The notes: generated from the letters alone by a model not told the origin. A stretch of 63,704 nucleotides of DNA, filler included, from Reticulomyxa filosa (GCA_000512085.1; 16 parts of 16 records of this genome joined end to end with filler, not necessarily neighbours in it), one strand, 5' to 3'; positions 12,329-25,833 are shown, counted from the whole stretch's first letter. Program-made: numbers and translations.

Positions 12329-13162
12329 TTTTGCAACACCTTTTGTCAGATGATTTAAAATGAATAAATGCTTGAACTTTTTTATTTCAAAATCAATGAA
12401 GAAGTTGTCAAAGATTCTTTAATTAATGCTTGTGTTAGATTTTAAGAATAAAAGGATTTTGCACTCGTATTTTCTATGTGAAAAATATTTCGCAAAAACT
12501 AAGATAAAAAATAAGTTGAAAACGATTAGCAATTGACTTTTATCCGCTAGTTTAGAAGGAAAAATTTAATTCAAAAAAACCAAAGAGATTTTTTGCTGTT
12601 GCAAAAAAGATACTATCTCCAGATAAGAATACAGCCTTCTTTTGGGCCATAATATAAATTAATATCACAACCAGGATATTTGCTTTTGTTTTTCTTTTCT
12701 CGTTTCTTCAATAGTAGACATAATATGTTATTTACCACAAATAGTGAATGTCAATAGTATTTAAAATTAATGAAGGAACTTCAAAAGAATTTTGATAATA
12801 GAAATTGAACAACATATCACAGACTAGACATGAAATATATTGTTTTCTTATTCAAAGAAAAGTTATAAGTTTAAAAATTTTTTTGTTGTTTTTGTTTTTT
12901 TTTCAATATTTTAACGATTTGTTTTATCATTTTTATTGAACCAACATCCAACTTTTTCAAAATTTTCAGTGCGGTATCTATTAAGTAATTATCAATGAAC
13001 CTTGATTTGTCTTACAAAAAAACAAAAAATATATAATTCAACTTTTGAATTTGTTTTTTTATTTAAATAATTTATTGTCACGTAAAATACCTTTTCGTTT
13101 TTTTCAAAAAGCACACAAATCCCTTTTTTTAAACCACTTAAAAATTCAGTAACATTAACAGC

Positions 13163-14411
13163 ATGGCTAATCGAATTATAGCACAAAAATATCCTGAAAC
13201 ACAAACTGAACAAAATCAAGATATTATTACTTTTACTCCCTTTCAAAGTTTGAAGGAGTTACCCATTCCGTTTATACAGTCTCAATGCGTGCAACACAAG
13301 CACGAACTTCTCATTTGTGGAGGTTATGATACACCAGATTGTACAAGAGATTGTTATTCTTATAATACGCTCAAAAACGAATACAAATTTATCTGTAAAT
13401 ATCCAAGTGATGTTCAATTATGGGGACATTGTGTAGTGAAGCTGGTAGATAACAACAACAATGATGGTAATGAAACCACTTTGTTATCTTTTGGTGGATA
13501 TCCATATAAACATACATTGATGATGAAATATGTAAGTGTTTGGAGTGATGACAATGATAATGAAATGAAAAAATCAAACAATTGCAATGAATGGATTCCT
13601 TTCACAGACAATCACAGTAATCCAATTATCATTGGAAGAGATAATGATGATTATAGAGGAGTGCGTGCAGTGATTGGTGGAAGCAGCAATCATTTGTTAT
13701 TTATCACTTATTTTCAAAAGAATATTAGCGTGTTTGATTTGAATACATTTAAATTTATTGTACATGATACCCTACCAACTGATGATTATATATGGTATCA
13801 TTGCTTTGTATTAAAGCCAGAAAATGAACAAGAGCAAGAAACAATAAAATCAAATGAAGAAAAAAATAAGAAAGAAATTTCTGAAATGCTGTTATTTTGT
13901 TTCAAGACAGGATTATCAATTGAATATGATGAAGACGACAACACATTTCAAGTTTATCAACTACCTGTTTGTGACCATATTGCACCATTATATGCATATG
14001 CATATGTGTGTATCAATAATATCATCTTATTCTTTGGTGGGTGTGGCTGTAAAGACGATGACTTAGTTGCTTCAAAATCAATGCACAAGTATTCAATTCG
14101 AGAATACAAATGGATGACATTTCAAAATATTCTACCCAGTCCATTTCATTCTTGCGTTGCAATATTTAATGAAGACAACACGTATGTGCATATAATTGGA
14201 GGGAAAAATGACAAAAAGATATCTACGTCAACACACATGAAAACTCAAGTGAGCAAATGGGCAAGTGAAAAAGAAGTGAAAAAAGGGATTGAATTGAAAG
14301 TAGAAAAAGAGGGGAAGGAAAATGAAATAGTAAAAAAAAAAGAGAAGAACGAACAACAAAACAAAGTGAAAAAAGATGCCGATGTTGAGCATTGCTTTGT
14401 AATCAAAAAAA
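13163..14411 (+). CDS. Kelch-like beta-propeller protein, 3'-truncated
   Basis: Repeated GG motifs (LLICGGY, LLSFGGY, AVIGGS, ILFFGGC, HIIGGK) with Y/W spacing; intact ORF to the contig end. Confidence 0.85.
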
Positions 14412-14559
14412 NNNNNNNNNNNNNNNNNNNNNNNNNNNNNNNNNNNNNNNNNNNNTTAATTAATTAANNNNNNNNNNNNNNNNNNNNNNNNNNNNNNNNN
14501 NNNNNNNNNNNAAAAAAAAAAAAAAAAAAATACGTATTATGCCAATATGCTTTTTTAAT

Positions 14560-15061
14560 CAAAACTGATATGTTTCGACACACAACACCGGGACACGTCC
14601 TCGTGTTTGGTATTTACATAAGCGGTGGTGGGGTTGGTGTGGAGACGGCACACTTGTGCCAACGGAGTTGATGGGCTCGCATATGGCAAGAACGAAGATG
14701 TTGCGACTTGGCTGCTGATCGCGTAAGGCGCGTGAAATGGCTGGACGGAGTTTCCTTGAATCATAAGACTTGGATGCGATGGCAGTGTTCCGTGCATTGT
14801 GGTTGCACTTGTCATGGGGGAAGGCTTCATCGAGATCATATACTGCGAGGATAGACCGTTGGAATGGGGCTGATATGGCTCTATTCCAGGGCTTTCAAAG
14901 CCACTTTTATTTCGCACCCCCCCGAAAAAATGGATGGTCTTACCCCCTTTTTGTGCCAAAAACAAAAACAAAAACAGAAGAGCAAAAAAAGAGAATTCAC
15001 AGTACCTAATAAAAATGACTTGGGTGTCATTAGGAAGCGAAAATTGAAATGGTGTCGTCAT
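14560..15061 (-). CDS. Hypothetical S/P/T-rich protein, spliced, 3'-truncated
   Basis: Exon MTTPFQFSLPNDTQVIFIR, GT..AG intron, then a GC-richer exon within ORF 14555..15091. Confidence 0.45.
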
Positions 15062-15400
15062 CAAACAATGCAAGCATAAAAAAAGGCCCAAACCTGGAAC
15101 AACAAAAAAACCTTAAAAATTTTTTTAAAAAAGTTACGAAGCACATTACATTTTTGTTTTTACCACGGAATATTCGCAATATATACAGATCCAAATAAAA
15201 AAGTAGAGTGAGCTATCGGTATATCTTTCTCATGACAAATTACGACATCAAAAATATGGAAAAAGAGAAAAAGCTTAGTCGTACAAAACCTCACAGACTG
15301 TTTCGTTACAAGTGAAGTGATATTTATAATACGGAGCTGCGAGGACTCGCGCAAAGGGGCTTTTATCAACACCAAAAAACATAATTGAGAAAAAATCGAA

Positions 15401-18400
15401 ATGAAAAGACGTTCTTTAACAGAGAAGGAAGATTCAGAGGTATATGTATAAATCCATATTATGTATGGATGTTGCCAAGGTTATAAAAACAAACTATTCA
15501 GATTCGAAGAAACTGGAAAGTTGGATCTCGTGTGGAGGTGTACTCAGCATCATCAAAAGAATGGATTCCAGGAGACCTCACTCGAACATTTTCCGATTCT
15601 GAAGGAGAATGGATGGAGGTCCAATATACTATTGGTATGTGAAGGGTCATTTCAAAATGAAGAAAAGGAAAGAGAAAACAAAAAAACAAAAATGTGAGCA
15701 CGGTGATATCCATGTACGGTGTGCATAGGTCGTGCGATGCGTTTGAAGCAAATTCCAAGATTTGATGTTGACGCCATTCGCCCTTACCTCCCACCAGAGA
15801 GCAATAAGAGTACATCAAGCACAACAAATGACAAAGAGACGACATCAGACGCATCATCAAAAGAAAGAACAGCACCTCTCCCCAAACCGGCTTTGGTGAA
15901 AGACACCAACCAGTTGGATCAAATCGATTTGGATGCACAAGTTTTGTTAACAAACATGCGCATTTACGTGTCCCCTTTTTTTTTTTTTTTTAATGTTTGT
16001 GTTTCGCCCTACGTTCCAATTCCTATTCACTTTCTTTTCTATTTGTCTCTTATGCAACCAATTGTCAATAAAAAAAATCCCATAGATTCGTGCCTCATGG
16101 ACTCGAGGTGCAGTAGTGGAAGTGTATTCTCGTGGGAAGAAGCGCTGGATGCGTGGGATGATAGAACGTGTATTTGTCGATGATGAAGGAGAATGGTTGG
16201 AAATCCGCTATGGCGCGAACTTGGTCAAGGAAACTCCAAGGAATTCTCCAGATATCCGACCTTTGCGGCCACGATTCAAAAATACTTTCACTTTCACAGT
16301 TCTTTCGAAACTTTTTTTTTTTTTTTTTTTTTTAAAGCATACAAACAAACAAAAAAAAAAAAAACGGCATGTTTCAAAAGTTGTTATTTGGCTCATTACA
16401 CATATTGACAAGTGAGTGAATAAGTATGTGTTGATATGTTAGAAAGACCATGTGAGCAAGATCATGGCGGTATGGGAAGACGTGGATTTGGAAGGAACGC
16501 GCCATTTGGACAGCATATTGTTGGAAGCAGTGTTTCGAGCGTTCAATCTGAAATTGAAAGTGGACGAATTGGACAAGGTGTTTCGATGGATCGATGTGGA
16601 CAATCGCGAAGCTATTACGGCCGAGCAATTTATCGCGTGGATGACCGACTCAACAGAGACGCTGGAACAAAAGGACTTGCAGAAGCGTATGTTCGACGGA
16701 ATCGATCGAACTGTCAGTGGAGAATTACCCATGTCTCAGTCTTTGGAACAAGAAGAAAAGGAAAAAGTCAAAACATTGACCTCGCCTTCTGATCGATACA
16801 ATAGCAATAATGGCGGTAACAACAATAGTACTAATAATAACAATAATGGACCTGAAGTTTCAATTACATCCATATTCCGACCAGCTCCGGTGGTCGCAAA
16901 GGGAGGAGACGATCAACAACGTCGGGTGACGAACAACAGATATAATGCGGATCACGATGACCACATTGAAGAAGAGAAAAGCGATGAGGAAAATCACGCC
17001 CTTGGCGCCGATGAAAATGAAATCCTCAATAGGACTTTGGCAGAATTCAGTGACAAAGAAGATGATGACGATGTTGTGGGCGAACTCCCTTCGTTCTCCA
17101 ATGTTGCAAACCAACCCTCCAAAGAAGACGAAGTCCTGAGTTTGGCGCAGAAATTGGAAGTTTCACACGTGTTCTATATATATATATATATATTTGTCTC
17201 TTTCACTATTTCAATATATTTCTATTCCACATGAATGCAAAAAAAAAAAAAAAAAAAAACATTATTTTGAAGAGACTTGGATTCAACGAGTCGTACCTGA
17301 GAGTGTCGCCAACAGACGAACAACACGAATATATCCCAAAAACGACTCAGAAAAAAATTGAAGCGGAAGACAAATTTTTGCGAAAGCTGATGAAAGAGGT
17401 TCAAGACTACATAAAAATGCGTGTGGAAAAGGCCGGAGTGGAAGGCATTGGCATGTATGATTTGGGACAATTTGTCCATCAAAAGTTCCCCAATTTCGAT
17501 CGCTCCAATTACATAAAAGGAAAAAATGGTCGCTTTGCCGACTTTGTTTATTTGACCCCGGGCTTGGTTGTATTGCAAATGGAGGACGGATCTGGTAATC
17601 TTGACCGAATTGCTGTTACCGAAGAGGTTGCCAAAAAGATCAATCTGAAACAAAAATTGGAGGTTTGTATTCACACATTATATATATTATATGTATTTCC
17701 ATGTTTGAGCAGAACAAACATAAATTGCTGTATGTTGTGTCCACATTGCAAAGTTTGTGATGAAAATGGTGTGCGACAAAACCAAAATTGACAATGACTT
17801 AACAATTATCCGCCAAGCGAATCATGACAGATATGGAAGACGACTGTCCGTGGGTGAAAAGCTGTTGACGGCACACGACTTTGGCGCTCGAATGGTCGCC
17901 TTGGGCACGGAATTGACCGATTTAGAACGAGACGAACTATTTTGGGCGGTCGCGGGAAATCACGCACACTTGGTGTCTGCTGGAGACATTGGCAAATACT
18001 TTGGTGAACTTGTAGAAGAATTGCCACAATCAACGGATACCGTTGTTGCCGCACTTCCTCGTCTCATTAGTGTATGTTTATATCAAGCCGAGGGTCTGTC
18101 TTATTTCACACTGTAAATTGCATTGTATGCACTCCTCCATGCTATGTGTGTGTGTAAATGTATATGGCTGATATCAGCTGGCAAGGCTGAAATATCGTCG
18201 ACAGCCTTTATGGAATAACTATATCATCAAACGCTGTCGCAAACGCTGGAATAATGTCTCATTGGTAACAGTGTTGGATCGTCACACACGTCTGAAACAA
18301 ATGGACATGGTCATGATCCCAAGGACGTCTTCTTCTCACGGGGAAGACTTGTTGTCGGTGCAACGATCATTCCATTATATGTGTCACGTATTAAATAAAT

Positions 18401-18835
18401 TGCAATACAACACAGTGATAAAGAAATTGTATCATGGCGCTGACAAGTTTGCTTATTCGTGCGTCACCGAAAGTCCAACTGTACGTTCCTTCCCAGACGT
18501 GTTGTTGGAGGCCAAAAATCGATCCATTGGATATAGCGAACATTTTGTTGCACAAGTGGTGGGATCACTAATGGAAACAGTCGTTTTTTGTCACAAACAC
18601 AACTGTGTCAATTTAAATCTTAACATTGGTACGAGATTTTATGCGCTGCACTCATCATCGATTTTCTTGTTTTTACTTTTCAAAAAAAATTGACAAGGGT
18701 CGTAAACAACAAGTGCTTGTTTTTCCATCACAACAGATCATTTGGCATTTGATGCACAACTGCGACCAATTTTGATGGATTTCTCGAGATCTGTTATCCT
18801 GGATCCCAACGAAAAAGTGGACCAAATCAGTTTTG
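15401..18835 (+). CDS. Multi-exon protein: 2 Tudor/Agenet-like domains, EF-hand pair(s), CAMK-like pseudokinase; 3'-truncated
   Basis: WKVGSRVEVYSASSKEWIPG..EGEWMEVQY and WTRGAVVEVYSRGKKRWMRG..EGEWLEIRY; VFRWIDVDNREAITAEQFIAWM; YSEHFVAQVVGSLMETVVFCHKHNCVNLNL..PILMDFSRS. Confidence 0.7.
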
Positions 18836-18886
18836 TTCGCTTCATTTTTCTGATTGATAACAGATAATCCTTTTTTACTGTCGCAT

Positions 18887-18923
<37 letters not shown>

Positions 18924-19023
18924 NNNNNNNNNNNNNNNNNNNNNNNNNNNNNNNNNNNNNNNNNNNNTTAATTAATTAANNNNNNNNNNNNNNNNNNNNN
19001 NNNNNNNNNNNNNNNNNNNNNNN

Positions 19024-20635
19024 AAAAAAATTTTTTTTTTTTTTTTTTTTTTTTTTGGAAAAAAAAAGAAAACAAACTTGTCTGCGCAAAGCATGGAAGA
19101 AATTGGCAGGAGTGGTACAATTGAGAATTTGCCAGTTGATGTCCTGCAGTTGTTCGAGATGGTTAAGCGTCAATTCGTCGGGATTGTCGTTGCAACATTG
19201 CAGGAATCTCTCCATGCGTGCGCTGGAATGTTCCGGACCACCTGACTCATAGCCATGTGGCAACAGACACACGAGCCCGGACGATCGAAGCCACTTGGAT
19301 TCGGCGCTCGAAATGAACTGATCAAAGACAACTTGCGCCCCATTGGCAAAGTCTCCAAACTGCGCCTCCCAAATCACCAACGCGTTGGGATGCTCCGTTG
19401 AATATCCATATTCAAATCCAAGCACGGCCAGTTCACTCAAGTTGCTGTTCGATACATGGAACTCGCCCGTGGCACCTGGGATGTGACAAAGCGGCCGATA
19501 TTGCGGTCTGTGTTGTGCAGTCACATCTTTTTGCTCGTGGATCACCGCATGTCGATGCGAAAACGTGCCTCTTTCCGTGTCTTGTCCAGACAATCGTACA
19601 TGATATCCTTCTAACAACAATGATCCAAACGCCAGCGCTTCACCAGTGCCCCTATATATGCATATATGTATATTTATTTATTTATTTATTTGTATTGTCC
19701 ATTTTCTCAATAATATAATATCAATATTAAAAAAGTAAATGTCAAAATGACAAACCAATCAATGCCGTCTCCTTCTTCAATGGATTGCTTTTTTTTCTCC
19801 AAAATTTTTTCAGGTTGCGATGGACGGTGAAGCCTTCAGGCAGAGCAGTCAAGGCAATGCCGATTTTTTTGGCCACGTCTTCGGTGATGGCAGTGCTCAT
19901 TTCCGTGGCGGTGCGCTGATGTCCGGACATCTTGGTCCAGTTTTGTCCGAGCCAGTCCGGGTTTCCTTCCTTATACGTGCTCGACTTTTCATACGACTCG
20001 TTCAGAATGCCAACAATGCGGTCTTCCATTCCCTTGATTTCCTCGGGAGTTATCACTTTCTCCTCGATTAATTTTTTCTTGTATCTTTCCTTCGTTTTTT
20101 AATATTATATATGTATATATACATATATATATATTTGTTGTTATGATAAAGCAAAGATGTATCCCACATTAAAAAAAAAAAATTAAGCAAATGAACATAC
20201 CAAAACGGTGTCATTGTGTTTGATCTTGTCATCGATGACACGATACATGAAAGGCTGAGTGAAAGCGGGTTCGTCCCCTTCGTTGTGCCCATACCTTCGA
20301 AAGCAGAGCATATCGACGACGGCGTCGGTTTTGAAGTTTTGACGATAGCGCACGGCCATTTTGGCGCAGCGCACGACGGCCTCAGCGTCGTCGCCGTTGA
20401 CATGGAAGATGGGAGCGGCGATTGATCTCGCCACGTCGGTGCAGTATGGCGAGCTTCTGCCCGCGTATGCGTCCGTGGTAAAGCCGATCTGGTTGTTGAT
20501 CACCAAATGAATCACACCTCCGGTCGTGTAGTCGGGCAGTTCCGTCAGTGCCATCGACTCATATACACTCCCTTGTCCTGCGAATGCGGCATCACCATGT
20601 AACAATATGCTTTTTTTTTTTTTTTTTTTTTTTTT
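19024..20635 (-). CDS. OGDH: 2-oxoglutarate dehydrogenase E1, internal fragment, spliced
   Basis: [20 protein letters not shown] (ThDP-binding); [17 protein letters not shown]; [18 protein letters not shown]; [13 protein letters not shown]; [22 protein letters not shown]. Confidence 0.97.
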
Positions 20636-21159
20636 NNNNNNNNNNNNNNNNNNNNNNNNNNNNNNNNNNNNNNNNNNNNTTAATTAATTAANNNNNNNNN
20701 NNNNNNNNNNNNNNNNNNNNNNNNNNNNNNNNNNNGGCATTCAAATTCCTTATATTTATAACTGGCTCTGCATTAATGAATTAATAATTTTTTGATTATT
20801 ACTTGTCCATTTTAACATTCATATCACAAGTATACAAAATGATCGTCTAATAAAGAAATTGCAAATATATTGCTCACATATATTGACAGAGTTATATCTT
20901 GATGACAATACTGAAGAAATTTGCTACAATCAAATCATTTTGACAAACTTATTAGTTTTTTAGTATAAAACAGATATGAGTTTGAGGAATTTTGACAATG
21001 TTGAAAATAACATTTTGGTAAATTTCTTTTTTAGATATAAATCTCATTTAATAGTACATAATAGATATTAAAAATGTAACTTTTTTTTATTTTATTAATT
21101 AAACAAAACAATGTTAATGTAAAATAACATTTTTGTTATTCTTTTGTTTTTTCAAAAGG

Positions 21160-22240
21160 GTTAAACTCCTAATTTATGGAGGTTATGAACAAAAAGCTTG
21201 CTATTCTTATCATCCACTCAAAAACGAATACTTGTAGTAGTAAAAGACAGCAATCAAATGACTTTGTTGTATGAATTGATGATTTTGATAATATTATTTT
21301 TTAAAAAATAATCTTAACATTTCCATAACGTTACAGCATTGACTTTTACTTTTGTTTCAAATCAATTAAATTACTAAATAATGGAAAAAACAAAATTATG
21401 TTTTTTACTTTAAAATAAGCAAAATTAAGAAGACACTAAAAGGGTTCAGTTGTTTATGTGTTGAAAGAAAAGAATTTAAAAAATTTGATATAAAGAGAAT
21501 TATCTCCAATTTAATTAAAATTGCTAAAAATAAACAAAATAAATATGGAAAATAAAAAACTGACATTTACATTTTATGTCATAAAATTCTACTCATTCTT
21601 TTTTACTTTATGATAAAAAAAGTAATAACCCATTTTTATTAAAGATTCCGATCATTCAGGGACGGAAAATAGGAAAAAAGACTCCAGTGGCCAAAAAACC
21701 AGTGAGTATGTCCATTGCAAATATGACAGACTAATGAGCTTACTTTCTCTGGTTTAGTGGTCAATAAAATCCAGTCTTTTTCATAACAACCAGAACTTAA
21801 AAATGTTTCTTTTTCATGTTCGAATTTTTTTCATCTCTCTCCACGTTCAAGACCAACATAATCTTTTTTTTATATTATGATGAAGAGTTTTTTTTCTCTA
21901 AAAAAAAGTTGAAACTCTATTTTATGAAGTGATTGTTTTTTTTAAAGATTGTGACAATTTCAATGAAAAACAAGAACAAATGAATAATAAAAATAGTTAT
22001 TTCAAAAGAAGAACATTCTAGAATTATCGGTGTAAGTATTGCAATTGAGACAAAGAGATACACAAAAGGCTATTCAAAAAAATTCTTGGTAATGATTTGT
22101 TTATTTATTTGATGAAAACACAAATATTTTATGAAACTGATTAACAAATAATAAATAGTGAACAATCAAAAAGAAATAAAATTTGCTATTCAACATTGGA
22201 TTCAAGCTTGATTTTGATAAAATTATTATAAAATATTGTA
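21160..22240 (+). pseudogene. Heavily decayed Kelch-family gene with relic C-terminal box
   Basis: KLLIYGGYEQKACYSYHPLKNEY and KDSNQMTLL near 21160-21270 match the Kelch paralogues; EIKFAIQHWIQ..DFDKIIIKY at 22166-22240. Confidence 0.6.
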
Positions 22241-22891
22241 GATAAATAAATTTTGAAGAAACAAAATTAAATATCTATCTTTATATGGTTTGATTTTGTT
22301 TTATTTCATAATTATGAAATTTGACTATTTTTTTTAAATTATTTTCAATATATGAAAAGGGTTAACAATCACAACAAATAACAAGTTATTCAATAAATAT
22401 TTTATGAATGTTTTTTTATAGCTGTTTTAACACAATGTTCTTTCTTTAATTGACGCTTTAAATTATATTTTTAATCTTTAACATCTCAAAACGACAGAAA
22501 AGATAGTAAACTTTGTTCTGAGTGAATTTTTCTTTTGATAATAAAGAATGTATGTTATTTAATTGATTGACAAAAATTTTATCATCATTTTCTTAAAATT
22601 GCGGCATTATATCTTCAAGGAATTCGATAAATCATTTATTTTCTTTTAAAAGAGTATGTAAAATCGTTTATGCAATAATTTTTTTGCTGAAAAAAGAATT
22701 TAATTCAATTTTTCGTTAATCCTTCGTTGAACTTAAAAAAAAAGTTGAAGCATTTTTTTTATCTTGCATCATCCAAGATCATCTCAAGAGAAAAAAAGTA
22801 AAGAATGAACTTAATCTTATCAAAGAAAGTTTTGTTCAAGTTATCTTTAGGTTTTTATTCTTTATCTTTTTTTGCTTTATGATTGAAACAG

Positions 22892-23750
22892 TCAAAAGAA
22901 GAAGAAAATCCAAATAATTATTTATTATTTGATTCGAATATCAAATATTAAATTAGGATGGATTAAAGATTTTGATAAAATTGTTGTCAATTATGTTAGT
23001 TTACTTGTTTTTCTTTCACTCAGTGTCAGTCGAAATATTCTAATATTTTTAACATAGATATTTACTGTCTTTACGCTTGACACGTTTCGTTTATCATCTA
23101 AGTTACTCAATACATATACTGGACACGCCAGTGTTGTGCAAAGCATTGATTATTCAACATTTGATGATTGTCAATTGATTTGTTCTGGATCATATGATAA
23201 CACAGTTCGTATATGGAATTTTGATAATAATAAACAAATACAATCACTTAATAGACATTCTGCTTTTGTGCTTTGTGTGAAATTTTCACAATATCATTAT
23301 CATAATCATTGTCAACATGTCATTTGTTCTTCACCACTTGACAATACTCAAAAAACATGACAATTATGTGAATAGTGTAAAGTACGGATCAAATGAACTA
23401 TTAAATATAATATTATCTGGATCAGCAGATGAAAGTGTTCGTTTGTGGAATATTCGATCTGGTCAACAAATTCAAGATGTAATATCTGTCGAATATGCGC
23501 CATTTATAATAGAGAGTAACCGTAGTAATTCAAATGTGGTATGTTCTGGATCAGTTGATAAAACAATTAGTTTTTGGTATATCCGATCAAATAAGAATGA
23601 ATTGCATGTGATGAAGGAATATATTGTCTTAAATTTATAGAATTGAAAAAGAAAATAAATAACAATGAACAAAAATCAAATGGCGATAGTTGTGTTAATT
23701 TATGTTATGGTTCTGACAAAGATTCAATTCGTGTTTGGGGACGAACACTC
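22892..23750 (+). pseudogene. WD40-family pseudogene with frameshifted N-terminal box exon
   Basis: Box exon 22892..22994 (..IKLGWIKDFDKIVVNY|gt); GHASVVQSIDYSTFDDCQLICSGSYDNTVRIWN; frameshifts and internal deletions relative to the 11651..12328 paralogue. Confidence 0.8.
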
Positions 23751-24027
23751 TGATAAAAATTTGTTTTGAATGAATTTGTTTTATGACCAATTCTGAAAAG
23801 GATTAATCAATAATACATGAGTTTGACAAGCATTTTCTGCAAAAAGAGTAAAATATTCACCACTTTTATATCTTTTCAAAGAATATTTTTTGAACATATG
23901 CAAATTGGCAAATCTTTTTAAAAATGTACAAAAATCAATAAAGATGAAATAAAAATTGTATTTAAAGAGGACATAAATTATAGGTATTTAATTGTGCTTG
24001 TTAATCGAAAAATCAATTAGTTTTATT

Positions 24028-25225
24028 TCATCTATATTTCGTAATAATCGTATCAAAATCATCGATCCATCCTAATTTTATCTTTAAATTTCGAATCCAA
24101 TATTCAATAATCAATTTTATTTTATCTTTTGACTGTTTATTATTTTTCACATAATTAAATTTATCTGTATTGAGTCAAAATAAATAAATAAATAATCAAA
24201 TTATTACCAAATGTGAAGGATCCCATACACTTACGTTAGTCCTCATGTGAGTTAATGTTGTTTCTGTATCATTTTGTCCTCCAATAATATGTATACGATC
24301 GTTTTCTTCACTCAATATTGCAACACAACTATATAATGGACTGTTAATATTTTCAAATGTCATCCATTCGTTTTTTCGAATTGAATATTATGCACTGATT
24401 TTAAAATAACAGCATCAGTACGAGAAGTACCATTCCATCCACCAAAGAGCAAGATGACATCATTGATACACACATAGCATAATATTTGAATGGTGCAATA
24501 TCTTTACAAACAGATAATTGATGAAATTTAAAATTGTTGTTATCTTCATCATATTCAATTGATAATCCTGTCTTAGCACAAAACAATAGCATTTTATTAT
24601 TTTGTTGATTTGTTTTCATCATTCCTTGTCCTTGTCCATTTTCTGAAGTTGATACAAAGCAATGATACCATATATGATCATTAGTTGGTAAAGTATCATG
24701 TTTAATAAATTTTAATGTATTTAAATCAAATACACTAATTTTCTTTGATCGATGAGTGATAAATAATAAATGATTGTTGGTTCCACCAATTACTGCACGC
24801 ACTCCTACACAATCATCATTATCTTTTCCAATAATAATTGGATGATTGTGATTGTCTGTGAAATGAGTCCATTCATTGCAATTTTTTAGTTTATTTGATA
24901 AATTATTCCAAACGCTTATATATTTCATCACCAATGTATGTCTTTGCATATATTTACTTCCACCAAAAGACAATAAAGTGATTTGATTGCTGTCTTTGTT
25001 GTTCTTATTGTTATTTACTAGTGTCACTACACAGTGTCCCCATAATTCAACATTACTTGGATAATTACAGATAAACTTGTATTCGTTTTTGATTGTATGA
25101 TAAGAATAACAAGCTCTTTCAAATTTACCTCCACAAATGAGGAGTTCGTGTTTGTGTAGCACACATTGAGATTCATCAAGTAGAATGGGCAATTCCTTCA
25201 ACATTTGAAAGTTTTGGTTGCTCAT
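24028..25225 (-). pseudogene. Kelch-family gene with two 1-nt frameshifts (~24478, ~24389) and terminal box exon 24132..24028
   Basis: Close paralogue of 13163..14411; frame restores as VCINDVILLFGGW..YSIRKNEWMTF..HIIGGQ..WDPSHL|SKDKIKLIIEYWIRNLKIKLGWIDDFDTIITKYR*. Confidence 0.8.
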
Positions 25226-25681
25226 GTTGTTAATGTTGAGGAACTATGATGTAGTTTAGAATTTTTTAAAAGAGGAAAAAAAATCAAATTAAAATTTTTT
25301 CCTTTGTAGAAAAAGTCAACTGTGTTAGAAATAGTAACAATTTTTTTAAAAAGCATATTTCAATATTATTTTAAGAATCAAATCAACGTCTTTTTTTGTA
25401 GTATAAACCAAAAAAAAGTAATAATTAATCTTGATTGAAATTATTTTAACTTCCAACAAGAAAAGAAAAGTACAATAATTTGTCCATCTATCACGTAATA
25501 TAATATATATACCTAATGATAGAAAATGAAGTATATCGAATCAAAAACAGAAGGACCATTCTATTTTAAAAAATTGGGTAGCTCTGTCTTCTAACAAAAT
25601 CTAAACAAAAGAAAAACAGATTAAAAAAGGGCTGTATATTTTAATCATATTAAAATTCTTTTCTCAATGGAAAAAAACGAA

Positions 25682-25833
25682 ATGATAACTCTCAGTAATG
25701 AGAAGCAAACTTCAATGCAACTAGCACCGGTAAGCTTTATTACAAGCTTTCAGAAATTTTGTTCCTTTTTATTAATCGTGTGTAATTTATGATTCAAACA
25801 GTCTGAAGAAGAAAAGATTCAAGTAATCATACA
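25682..25833 (+). CDS. 5' end of a WD40-family gene (exon 25682..25729, box exon from 25802, truncated)
   Basis: MITLSNEKQTSMQLAP|gtaagc..aaacag|SEEEKIQVII has the same exon structure as the gene starting at 12328; WD40 repeats themselves lie beyond the contig end. Confidence 0.7.

Noticed and set aside
6891-14411. SKP1 lying near the box-bearing WD40/Kelch genes as evidence for an SCF gene cluster
   Set aside because: They are on different contigs, separated by the spacer at 11551..11650.
19024-20635. GC-rich OGDH fragment as bacterial contamination or lateral transfer
   Set aside because: It contains AT-rich spliceosomal-type introns like the rest of the window; the higher GC is confined to exons.
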